Source of the DNA: Dudresnaya verticillata
Taxonomy: Eukaryota
NCBI GenBank assembly: GCA_977862235.1
Contig: OZ374564.1
Coordinates: 1,426,001 to 1,490,000, forward strand
Length of the DNA stretch: 64,000 bases
Direction: 5' to 3'
In this document: positions 20,940 through 31,790 of the stretch, piece by piece
Numbering within the stretch: the stretch's first letter is position 1
Layout: every line of letters begins with the position of its first letter
Translations under genes and position numbers: made by a program
Notes under the pieces: generated by a model
Told to the model about the DNA's origin: nothing
Database searches by the model: none
Seen by the model: only the letters and a program-made list of their open reading frames with translations

Positions 20940-23900
20940 TTAAGCACGAGGCGCCCCCGCCGAGTGGGCGAGTGGAGGGGATGGGGCGTCGAGCCCAGAG
21001 CCCTTCCGACGCTTCTGCGCGCGGAAGTATTGGCTCACCATCTCCTCCGGAAAATGGGATCGAGGTTCCCAAGTCGGCTTAGAGTAGCCGGTCCACTTGA
21101 CCTGGAAGAGCATCGTGCCGTCTTCGGCCGTGCCATGGTCAAGTACCTTGTCCACCACGAACCGCGGGCCGTCGACGGCCTTGGACGCGAGATCGTCGGC
21201 GGTGGGCAAGTACGCGCTTCGACGCGCGGTGTCTTCCCGCAGAGGCGGGGGACAGAAGACGGCTCGGTCCGCTGCGATGCGTTCGACCAAGCCGTCTCTG
21301 TCGATAAACAACGTGCGCTCGTCGTTGAGCAGCACGCGATAAGGCCCGATGGCCGGGCTCTGCATCTTCGGTGGTTTCATCACCCCGTCAGTTGCGTCGA
21401 TGAAGACATAGTCTCCGGCCTTGATGCGGGAGTTGACCTTCCGGACCCGTCGGTCAAAGTCCTTTTTGTAACGCCTCTGCGTTTTGGCCAGGGCGGCAGA
21501 AGCCAGGCCCATAGCGGTGTCTAACCGCTTGAGGAAGTCCGTTCGGACATCCTCACTAGGTTTCGGGCGGTCGACCGCCGAGTGAAACTTAGTAAATTCC
21601 GGCGGAGGCCGTGACAGCACTAAGCGGAATGGAGTCGTCCGCGTCGAGCGGTGCACGTGACAGTTGTAGGAATACGTCAACGCAGAGGCGTATCGATCCC
21701 AATCGTTTTGGTGATCGTTGACGTAGTTCCTCAACATGGCCATGACGGTCCGGTTGTAGCGTTCAGCCTGCCCATTCGACTGGGGGTGATACGTGGAGGT
21801 GAACCCGTTGTTCAAACCCAAATACCGGCAGACGGCTTGGAAGAACTTCGATGTGAACTGCTTTCCGTTATCGGAAAGCAAGGACCTAGGCGGCCCGTAG
21901 TGGAAGACCCACTGTTCACAGAAGACAACTGCGACGTTGTAAGCCGTAATGGTGCGCAGAGGCGCGACTTGCGTCAGCTTAGTAAAGCGGTCCGTCATGA
22001 CGACGAGGAATTTGCGACCACACTTGGTCTTGGGCAGGGGGCCCAGTATGTCGATAGCGACGGATTCCAGCGGCCTGGTGGCCGGGAACAGCATCAGTCT
22101 ATGAAGGTGTCTGCGCAGTCGAATTCGGTTACGGCCACAGTGCCTGCAGTTTCTTACTGTCATGGCGATGCTGGCCGCCATATGCGGCCAGTAGTAGGTC
22201 TCACGCAGGGAATAGAACATCTTGTTCTGCCCTGGGTGGCCCGCGAGGAGGGAGTGGTGCGCGAGCGTGAGCAGCCGAGGCTGTAACGACTCGGGCACCA
22301 CTATCTGGTCTAGCGAAGCTATGACCGGATGATGGCGGCATACAAGCCCATCCCCGTCCTCGCAAAAATGGCTATCCCGTCGACGGGACTGCCTGGCCAG
22401 TACGGTCTGGCAGAAGGAGTCGTGCCGCTGCGCGTTCACAAATTCCTCGACGGAAATAGGTGAAGGGAGCTTCACTGGCTCCATGGAGGTCAAGTCCGAT
22501 GGCTCGTCTCCCGCATCGACGCGGAGGAGATCGAAGAGGTCGACTTCGTCGGTGTCGCCCCACGCCGCTTCGTCGGCCAAGTCCGGGGGTTCGTCTGCCG
22601 CGACAGTCTTGGGCGCGGTGCCGGTGATGCTTCCCCGGACTGGCTTCGGGACGGGCTGCGCTGGGGCCGAACGCGTAGATGCGTTGGCCGGCGAGCGGGT
22701 GGTTACCAAGACGGGAGCCGCAGGTTCTGTACCCGAACGTGCCACCGGCGTCTCAGCCGAGGACTCCCCTTTCTGGCGGTCGATCGCCGGGGGGTCAAAG
22801 GTAGGGACGTCGTCGTCAAACTCCTCCTGTTTCCGCTGGGGCCGAACCAAGCGGGACAGGGCATCCGGGACTTGGTGTACCCGCCCGGGGCGGTACTCGA
22901 TCTGGAAGTCGAATTCCGCGAGCCGCAGGCGCTACCGGGTCAGTCGACCCGAAGAGTCGGTCAGCGACATCAGCCATCGAAGCGCATCGTGATCGGTTCG
23001 AACCGTGAATCGCGTGCCTTCGATGTATGGCCGCAGGGTTGTGATCGACCACACCACTGCGAAGCACTCACGCTCAGTGGCGGAGTAATTGCGCTCCGCC
23101 GAGTTGAGCGAGTAGGACCAGTACCCGACTGGATGTAGCTGGCCGTCCTCCTGCTCCTGCAGTAGGGCGCATCCGAGCTGATAAGCCGATGCGTCCGTAT
23201 CGAAGACGTAGGGTCTACCCGTCTTGGGGAGCCGTAGGATAGGGGGCGATATGAGCTTCGCTCGGAGCGTCTCATATGCCTCGAGCGCGTCGGCGCTTGG
23301 ATTGTCGAAATCCACATCCGCGTCTTTGCGGGTCATGTTCGTCAGAGGACGCGAGAGCTTCGCGAAGTTGCGCACGAAGCGGCGATAGACATTGCACGCG
23401 CCGAGGAACGACCTCACCTTAGTCAGGGAGGTCGGGAACTGCGCATGGCGGAAAGCGTCGCTGCTCGTCTGCGCCATGCGTAGCTTCCCCGGTTCGATGA
23501 CGTGGCCTAGATAGCCAACGCGTGACTGAAAGAAGTGGCACTTCTTCAGTTTCAGGGATACTCCTCCCTTGTGCAACAGAGTCAGCACTTGGTATAGATG
23601 ACCAACGTGCTCCGCGATCGACCGCGAGAAAATGATCACATCGTCTAGATAGATCAGGCAGCACTGCCATCTGACTCCGCTGAGGATGATGTCCAGTGCG
23701 CGCTGGAAAGTCGCGGGGGCGTTCTTCAGCCCGAAGGGCATTCGCAAGTAGCGAAACGTCCCTAAGAACGAAGTGAACGTGGTCTTATCCCTGTCAGCCT
23801 CTGCGATAGGGATTTGCCAGTACCCCGCGTTGCAGTCCAACGTCGGGAAGACGGCTGCGTCGCCTAGACTGTCGATGCAGTCGTACATCCTCGGTAGAGG

Positions 23901-25570
23901 GTACGCATCACTTAGTGTTTTCGTGTTGAGACGTCGATAGTCCACGCAAAACCTAAGTGTGCCGTCCTTCTTGGGCGCCAGGACGACTGGCGATGCCCAT
24001 TCCGAGGTGGCGGGTTCGATAACCCCTGCACGAAGCATGTTATCCACCTCGTCCTGCACCAGCTTGCTCATGGCAGGGCCCTGTCGGTAGGGCATGGAGC
24101 GGATGGGGCGAGTGCCCCGTTCCACGTCTATTTGGTGTCGGGTGGCGGCAATAGTGCCCAGTCTCCCGTCCCACATGGACTGATGCTTCCTGAGCATGGA
24201 GAGGACCTCCGTGCGGGTCACCTCGTCTTCGATAGACGAGAGATCGACCTGCGCCTCCCAGCCCTCGACGGACGGGTTGGCCTTCGCTGCGGCGGTAGCT
24301 GCACCCTGCAGCGGCTGGGCGTCGGTGCCCTTCGCCGTCGACGGCGAGGTGGATGGTTCCACGGCACCCTGATTGACCGGGGGCCTCTGCCCCCGTGGTG
24401 GTAGGGTGGTGATGTTCATCACCCGCTCAAACTCCTCCGCGACTTTGCGGTCTGGAGTTATCAGTGCCACCGGGTTCCTAACCTCGTAGCCGACAACGGT
24501 ACGCTTAGGCAGGGACCGAGGCTTGTCGGTGAAGTTCCCGACGATGACCCCGAAGCGTGGCATCGACTCGACGTCATGCACCCCGTTGGTACGTCTCACG
24601 CCGTGGCGGAACTGCAACGAGGGTTTGGGGTCGGTGTGGATCAGCCCACTTGCTCCTGAAGTCACGGAGACGAGCCTTTGTGAATAGGCTGGGAGCACCA
24701 TCTGCCTAGAGAGGCGGATGGTGTGGGTGTCGTGATCCCAGTCGAGGAGCTCCCTCTGATGCTTTCTCGACAAACCCGTCGACGGGTTCTTGGGCTTCGG
24801 TGCCGGCTTGCGGTCCTCGGCAGGTCTACTGCGCTTAAGGAGGGGCACCGAGCCCCCACGTCGGAGCGATAGGCGTTTCGACTCGACGTCGATGCCTCGC
24901 ACGTGCGCATTGAGGAACTGCGTTCCCACCAGGACGTCGACGGCCAAGGTGTCTGCCACTATGAATGGCACGCGGAACGTCGTGTTCCCCAGCCTCATCG
25001 AGAGGTGCGCCACCCCTGATAGGCTCAGTGGGGTCTTATCAGCCCCGGCGAGGCGAGGAGTCGACTCCATCGCCGCCGCGTGCGGATCCCATCCGGGCGG
25101 CAGCGCCCGCTTCGCGATGAGGTTGTACCCGGAACCGGTGTCCACCGCAATGGTGTGGGGTATCATTACCCCTGGGTCAGCGCCTAGCGACCCAGACACG
25201 CGGTATATCTCCGAGGACAAGAGGCACACATACCCGTCGGGGGTAGTGGCCGGCTCCGTGTCGACGCAGTGAGCCATGGCACCTTCGCGTCGAGCAGAGG
25301 GAGCCTCAGGTTCCGTCGACGGACACCTACGCGCTCGGCGTCCTATCTGTCGCCTGCGTCGACGCCGCGGGGGCCAAGGTGGCCTGGAGCGCGTGGCTTT
25401 CGACGGCTCTTCGCGCAGGGGGCCCTCAGCGCTGCTTGGCGAGGGGGTCCTTCGTTGGTTGGGACTCGACGTCCTGCCTGCCGTCGACGGCTTGGCGGAG
25501 GATGGTGGGTCTGGGGTAGAGAGAGACGGTGCGCGCGACCGCACGAACGGCGCCGCCTTTACTCTTTTTC
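20940..25570 (-). CDS. pol: Element C pol (protease, RT, RNase H, integrase, GPY, chromodomain) with a single in-frame TAG at 22932-22934
   Basis: AVDTGSG, YLDD, DTDAS, AERNYSATERE, GHPG..YYWP..CRHC, IDILGP, SDNG, NGQAER, GPYRV, FQVKWTGYSKPTWEP. ORFs 22932..25544 and 20940..22850 are in frame. Confidence 0.95.
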
Positions 25571-27979
25571 CGGTTCGACCCGGTCAAAATTATTTTCGGA
25601 ATCCGAGCTATCTTCCTCGGATCCCATTGGCTGGCCAGGGGCCGGGCCGGCTCCTCGCGTCGATCGCGGCGGCGAATCAAAAAGGAGCGGGGGCTGCTCG
25701 ACCTGCCCCCGGGCGGACTCGCCCTTGCTCTGCGCATCGAGCGCTCGCGGGAGCCACTCGTCGGCTGCTAGCCCGGTGTGCTCCTGCACGGTCATCACTG
25801 CCCGAAGCAGTTCGCGCTGCGGGTCGGGCCTCGAGGGCGTCGACTCCCGAGGTTGGCGACCGGCTTGGTCGTCAAACCCGACCCGCTTGTCGCGAGTGAG
25901 GAACCGCGGGACGTCTGCCCTTCGGTATTCGCGGCGCGGATTTCGACGATCCCCGCGGTACTGTCGCGGCTCCCCGCGATACCTTTGCGCGTCGAAGCGC
26001 TGCGGGGGACCCCTCGCGTTGAAACGTCGGGCCCCACCCCGCTGCGCGTCGAAGCGTCTTGCGGGGTAACTTGCCTTGGCGCCTGCCGGCATGCGCTCGT
26101 CGATGAGCTGCTGCAAGTTGTTGCGCGCGTGCGGCTGCGTCTCCAGTCTATGGTTGCAGTTCGCATACGCGCAGTACAACTGCTGTTCCTTAGTCAGGAA
26201 TGGGCACGAGTACATGATGTGCCCAAGTTCTCGGCAGAACCAGCAGATGTACCACCCCTGTCGATCAGGGGTGACAGCGCGGGCCATGGCCTCTTGCGCC
26301 GGTGTGAACGGAGGGATCCTCCTCGGCAGGACGGCATCGATGCGTCCTGATATGTCGAGGGTCTCCTCGGCTTGCGCCGCCCCGGCTGTCGACAGCGCGG
26401 GCACGACCATGACGGGTTCGAAACCATCGTCATCGGGCGCCACCAACATCGTGCCGTCGAAGGCCGCTTCCCTATCGGGTGTGTGTGGCGCCTCGATAAG
26501 CAGCGTGCGGCCGCTTGGCGAACTGCTTCCCCTACCGCGCCCCGAAACGATGGCCGGCGTCGACGCCTTGGCCATACGGGCGCGGTAGGTTGTGCCCTCA
26601 CTGTGGGCGATCCAACGAACGGTACTGAAGTTGGTCTGCTCGACCATCGGCATCTGCCTTACCTTCTCCGCTACCGCGGGTCGGGTGGTCGGAAGCAGAC
26701 CACGCAGGAACTGGTGCGTCAGGTTCTCGTCGGAGTAGACGCCGGCACAGTCATCTGCGTAGCCCTCTAGACGAGAGGCGAACTCGAGTTCTGACTCGGC
26801 GTCCCGCTGCCGGGTGGTGGTCAGTCGGTCGTGCGCGTCGGCGATCACGTCGTCGGTGACGAACCTCTCGACGAGGGTATTGACCAACGAGGCCCAGCAC
26901 GGGGGGGTGCCGCGACTAGTCGTCCGGACCCCCGAGAAAAGGTGACTCGAATACACCTGGGATGCCGTTCCGTCTAGGAACCAGGACACCACTCGCGCCG
27001 CTGCGCCTTCCGACAGGCCGACGCCGTTGAAGGCTTGGCGTAGCTGTCTAAGCACGCCAAGCAAGCGGATGGGCTCCTTGCCGTCGTAGCGATCTAGCCG
27101 CGGCATGAGAGCCTTCATCCGGCTCACAATCTTGGCGGTGTTGCCATTGCAGACTTGCTGCTGATTGTCCCGCTGCCTTATGTCGTCTAGACGATAGGAG
27201 CGGTAGTCGATCGCCTTCGCGAATTCGGGGACCAAGGTGCTCAGCGGCTCGACGCCCGGCATCAATGGCCCCCAGTGCCAGTAGGCCGACACGGGACCTT
27301 CGTTTGGTGAGGGGCTAGACGCCCCTCCAACTCCGCGCCCGTCGAGGACGCGTTGTAGTAGCTTGGGGTCGACCCCGTAGAAGGGGTCGTCATCTCTTGT
27401 AGGGCGAGGGGACCCTTGCCCACTCCTAGGCGGAGAGGCCGGTGGAGAAAAAGGGTTTCGCTGAGCACGACGATCAGCGAGGAGGGCTTTGGCCAGTTCG
27501 CGAACCGGATCCGCTTGAGACGGCGATCGCGGAGGACGGCTCCGCACCGGCGACGGGCTAGGCGCCCGTCGGTCATACCGCGCCGGTGCGTGCTCAATCA
27601 ACTCAACGCGTTGGCGTAGCTCGTCGAGGAGCCCTTGAGTTCGGGTTAATCCTTCCTCGACGGAGGCGAGAGTTCCGCGTCGAAGCGACTCCAGGTCACG
27701 TTGACCTTGTGCCCGCGCGTCTGCGACTGAGGCCATGAAGGTGTCGTACACTTCCGAAAGTGAGTCCATCGTCTCCTCGTAGAGTAGCTGGAGGTCGGTC
27801 GCAGAGACCGGTGTCCCTCCTAGGGCCTTGGCTATAGCCGCCCTGCGCTCGATGCGCGGTTCCTCTAGGGGAGCTCCTGAGACGCCGACGTTACTCAGCA
27901 AGGAAGTGCGACGACCGCTAACTTCACCTGCCGCGGCGTCTGCCGGACCGGCAGCGGCCGAAGTAGGTAGCGGCGGCAT
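25559..27979 (-). CDS. gag: Element C Gag (806 aa)
   Basis: Starts after the PBS; retrotransposon gag core (RQRDAESELEFASRL..FLRGL); knuckle CWFCRELGHIMYSC. Confidence 0.93.
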   Translation of the reverse strand: MPPLPTSAAAGPADAAAGEVSGRRTSLLSNVGVSGAPLEEPRIERRAAIAKALGGTPVSATDLQLLYEETMDSLSEVYDTFMASVADARAQGQRDLESLRRGTLASVEEGLTRTQGLLDELRQRVELIEHAPARYDRRAPSPSPVRSRPPRSPSQADPVRELAKALLADRRAQRNPFSPPASPPRSGQGSPRPTRDDDPFYGVDPKLLQRVLDGRGVGGASSPSPNEGPVSAYWHWGPLMPGVEPLSTLVPEFAKAIDYRSYRLDDIRQRDNQQQVCNGNTAKIVSRMKALMPRLDRYDGKEPIRLLGVLRQLRQAFNGVGLSEGAAARVVSWFLDGTASQVYSSHLFSGVRTTSRGTPPCWASLVNTLVERFVTDDVIADAHDRLTTTRQRDAESELEFASRLEGYADDCAGVYSDENLTHQFLRGLLPTTRPAVAEKVRQMPMVEQTNFSTVRWIAHSEGTTYRARMAKASTPAIVSGRGRGSSSPSGRTLLIEAPHTPDREAAFDGTMLVAPDDDGFEPVMVVPALSTAGAAQAEETLDISGRIDAVLPRRIPPFTPAQEAMARAVTPDRQGWYICWFCRELGHIMYSCPFLTKEQQLYCAYANCNHRLETQPHARNNLQQLIDERMPAGAKASYPARRFDAQRGGARRFNARGPPQRFDAQRYRGEPRQYRGDRRNPRREYRRADVPRFLTRDKRVGFDDQAGRQPRESTPSRPDPQRELLRAVMTVQEHTGLAADEWLPRALDAQSKGESARGQVEQPPLLFDSPPRSTRGAGPAPGQPMGSEEDSSDSENNFDRVEPEKE

Positions 27980-28035
27980 TCTTGGCCTCGACCGCGTCGA
28001 CGCGAGCGGTGATAGGGTCTTCTGCGACTTCTAGG

Positions 28036-28046
28036 TCGGGAGACCA
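28036..28046 (-). other. Primer-binding site TGGTCTCCCGA (probably tRNA-Tyr)
   Basis: 1 nt after the 5' LTR. Complement ends ..GGGAG-A-CCA, matching the eukaryotic tRNA-Tyr C1:G72/A73 pattern. Confidence 0.75.
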
Positions 28047-28047
28047 G

Positions 28048-28882
28048 TGTGGCATAGACGTCAGGTCGAACTGACGTCTAGCTGCGCTGGTCGATCAGTC
28101 GCACCCAGACCCGTCGAAGGGTGGTAGCTGGTGGTAGAGCGGTGGTGTCGGCCGCGCGCGCCGTCGACGGTCGCGGATCAACGGCGTCGAAGCCTGAGCG
28201 CGCACGGGGCGTACTGTACGCGGGCGGCAGCGGCCGGATCCCTGCGTCCCCGTCGTGGGGCGGCACGAAGCCGACGGTAGGGAAAGGAAAAGGAAAGCCT
28301 AGATGGCTAGGGAAAGAGGGAATCCGTAGGGCGAAGGACTGGGAAAGAAACCCAAAGCAGAAAGGGCAAGCCTGGCGTAGGCTGGCTTGCCTGGTTTACT
28401 GAAGCCTAGAGGGGCGACTACTAGATATACTACAGGGCCTGCGGCGGCACCAACCCGGGAGGTGCGCCGGCGCGCCCCAACACGCGTCGACGCGTACGGG
28501 TAACGGTAACCCGGGGGCGCGCGTAGGCGGAACGGTCCACACGTACTCAACGGCTCGACGCCGGAGTGCGCGCGCGCGTGTCACGCACTCAACGGCTCTG
28601 CGCCGGAGTGCGTGCGCACAGCGCGCGGGACAGCAGGGCGTTCGACCGCCGCTTACACTAGAGGGTGCTGTACACTTACAAAACAATAAACGTAGAAATT
28701 ACATGGGAGTTTCAGTGTCACACGCGAACGCGTGCACACGTGGGCGCCACTGCGCACTCCCTTACAGTTCAGCGGGGCTTCGGCGCCACCGGCTGACAGC
28801 GTGCGCACAGCAGTGCACACGTGGCGCAGCTGGTCTCACAGCTGCGCGTGCGTGGCACAGCTGGTCTTACAGCTATGCCACA
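28048..28882 (-). repeat. 5' LTR of element C
   Basis: Direct repeat of 15506-16340. Confidence 0.97.
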
Positions 28883-28887
28883 GTTCC

Positions 28888-30422
28888 CCTGCGTAAGATT
28901 ACGGAATTGGAAATCGCTAAGGCGTTTGTTCGACATTGGGTGTTCGTGTATGGCCCCCCCAAGAAGCTACTGTCCGACAACGGACCACAATTTGCTGCCA
29001 AACGTTTCCAGGACATCTGTAGCCTGCTGGGAGTGGAGAACCTCTTCACCAACACTTACCATCCGCAGTGTAACGGCCAGATGGAACGATTCAATCGTAC
29101 CATCCTCGCCTCGCTGGGCCACTACGTAGCGCATCATCCCAGGGACTGGGATCTATTCACGGACGCCCTGGTCTTCACGTACAACACGCAGTTGCATTCC
29201 TCTATCCACCTTTCCCCGTTCGAGTTGGTGCTGTCTAAGCCACAACGACCGTTGTCGTTCCAAGCGGAACGGTCGCTTGAAAGCGTGCTCACCGTCGGGC
29301 AATACTACATCAAGTGGCGAACTTGGCTAGCCGCACTTATGGGGACAGCGAAATCGTCCCTAGAGAAAACGCAAGCACGTTACAGACGGAACTTTGATCC
29401 CCGACTGAGGAAGTCAAAGGACAAGATCGCCGAATTCGACTTCGTATTCGTACGAAAAGAGTACTTCGTCCGAGGCGGTGGCATCGATCACGCAGAGCGG
29501 AAGCACAAACTGGCGCCGGTGGTGGACGGTCCGTACCGAGTGACACACGTCGGTGACGATACCGTGACCGTCGACAAGGGACGTGAAGAACGCGAACGTT
29601 TATCGCGAGACCACGTGGTGTGGGCACCGACCCCACCAGGACAGGCCGCCCACTCAATCGTACCCCACCAGGTCCTCCATCGGAACAAGGCACCCCCGCC
29701 CCCACTTCAGAAGAAGAGGAGGTTTGTAACAGTGTTACACCGACGGCGGACCCGGCAAATGACGCAGGGACAACGCGGATCGCGGGAAGTTCGCAGGAGC
29801 GCATGATTGCGACACCGATCATCGGTGGGTTGGACGAGCTTACGCCATTCGCGGCCGACCCGCACGAGCACTCTTCGCAATCCGTCTCTGACGATGAACG
29901 AAGTCCCGAAATCCGCACTCGTTTGCAACACGCCACTGCGGCACAGCCGACGACCAACGTTGGCCCCTCTTCAAGCGCGTCGAATGCTGATGACGAAAAC
30001 CGTGCGAACACGAACGAACGGGCTAGAAGCGATAGACTCGTCCAAAGATGAAGCAAAGCGGTAACCGCTGAACAAGCGTCGGAGGCCCAAGGCCAGCGCC
30101 TTAGGCGATCAACCCGTCGAGTACGATTCGCCGATCTTTACAGACACCCATCGCGCAACGAGACGAACCGTTAAAGGTGCTGGAAGGGCACAAGTCCAGG
30201 CCGATCGCTGTGAGTGGGAAGGAATACGTTATCGAACGAATCGAATCGCACGCGCATGCGGAAGATGCCGAGGTCCAATACCCCATCAAGTGGTTTGGCT
30301 ACCCCGCTTCAGCGAACACCTGGGAGCCAGTCTCCAGTTTGCCGCGATCACACGTCGTACGGTACCACCTTCACAAAAGCATACGCCTACCACCAAACAT
30401 CGAAGACGCGCAGCGCGGATAA
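28888..30422 (+). pseudogene. pol: Element B pol, 3' part (integrase core, GPY, linker, chromodomain)
   Basis: Resumes after the TSD: WVFVYGPPKKLLSDNGPQF, YHPQCNGQMERFNRT, GPYRV; EYVIERIESH..IKWFGYPASANTWEP. Confidence 0.9.
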
Positions 30423-31790
30423 CCCTAATCAGGAAACAACGCTGGAAGCGAACGGGATGAAAAATCGAGATCGCATGCGGGCGTTACGGTTGCCAAAGGT
30501 GTGGAAGCTCAGCTCGTGCCATGTGGACGCGGCCGCACCCGCTGTAGCGACAGACACGTCCGCACGTCATGGACGGGAATAGACGCAAGTCGTTGCATCA
30601 TTGACGGCCGCGCCAACGGGCACCTCGCAGGCCCCCCCCATACAGGAGCCCTAGATTGGAGCATGGCTGACAGTGGATCTAGATCGCAAATCGAGATAAG
30701 CACCCTACCAATCGGGTAATAGGAACAAAAAGCGACCGGACAATTTTTAGTTGACAAACACGGCGAGGTGCACTGCCCAACAATCAACGACTCGACGAAC
30801 ACAATAATGCCCAGTGGCTAAGCAGGTGCTAAGAGCACTAGCGACGACAGGCGCAAATGGAATCGAGGAACGACCGTCTCCGACGACGGGGCCAACATTC
30901 GCACCGCGGCCAGGTCCCTGGTACCGTCACCCTACCGGCGACGGCCGCGCAAGAACACACGCGCCCTACGTCTCCGACGTAACTCGCAAAGAAAGGGCGC
31001 GCCGACGAACCCTCCAAAAGGGGGAAGGTGGTTGAAGACGCAGTTGCCCTGGCTTCCGTGGACGACGCACCAAGAAATCTCAAAATGACTCCGCCCCTGG
31101 ACGTGGCCGTGTGGACCACAGGCACGCGACGGCGACCATTCCCCACCCCCAAAGGAGAACATCAGAGACGAAAGGAGCGGCAACGCCAAGTCGCCTAAGC
31201 ACATCCCTGCGCACCTACGTCACCGTCGTTGCGACCCTCGTCGACGACGCCGTACAAAACAATATGCTGTAATAGCGACGATCATAAGGGTACAGCTCAG
31301 CTCCATCTACCCTCAACCACGCCTAGGGCGCACCGCGGCATATGCAATACAAAAACGCTAAGTTAGTGGAAACGGGTCTTACCTGAACGACGTCTCTTGA
31401 CGATCATCACCGTTTTACAACGAGAGAGCAAGGTGCCGCCACCTAACAACCACACGTGCAACACGAACGAACAACGCAACTAGCGGCTAAGACTAATGGC
31501 ATCACATGCCACCGCTACTGTAGCGGGATCGAGGAAACGAAACGAAGCCGAAATGGGCCACCCTAAGTCCGAACGCGAAACGGGACACAGAAAGACGCGT
31601 AAAATAGTCGAGTTTACTAGGCTAAAGAAGTAGGGACAACCCCGCGCCCTTGCTAACGACCACTCCAGCTAACATGTCACAACGACTGCAACACTAACCG
31701 TCAACGACGAATGGGAACAACCCCCGCTCATCGACCCCGAAGAGGAGTCGAAAACGTCACAGTACGCACTCTCGCGTCGGCTACCTGTTT

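Larger units (their letters stand above)
15506..28882 (-). mobile_element. Full-length young Ty3/Gypsy chromodomain element C, 13,377 bp, with an extra antisense ORF
   Basis: Two 835-bp LTRs, 5-bp TSD GTTCC (15501-15505, 28883-28887), PBS, PPT, gag and pol. It interrupts the integrase of B. Confidence 0.97.

Noticed and set aside
28703..29806. 367-aa ORF as a novel LTR-integrase fusion gene
   Set aside because: Chance in-frame join between the end of LTR C and the interrupted integrase of B at the TSD.
31015..31040. PPT-like AAAAGGGGGAAGG as the start of the 3' LTR of B
   Set aside because: No matching LTR or CA end identified; the better PPT/LTR pair is at ~36069-36837.
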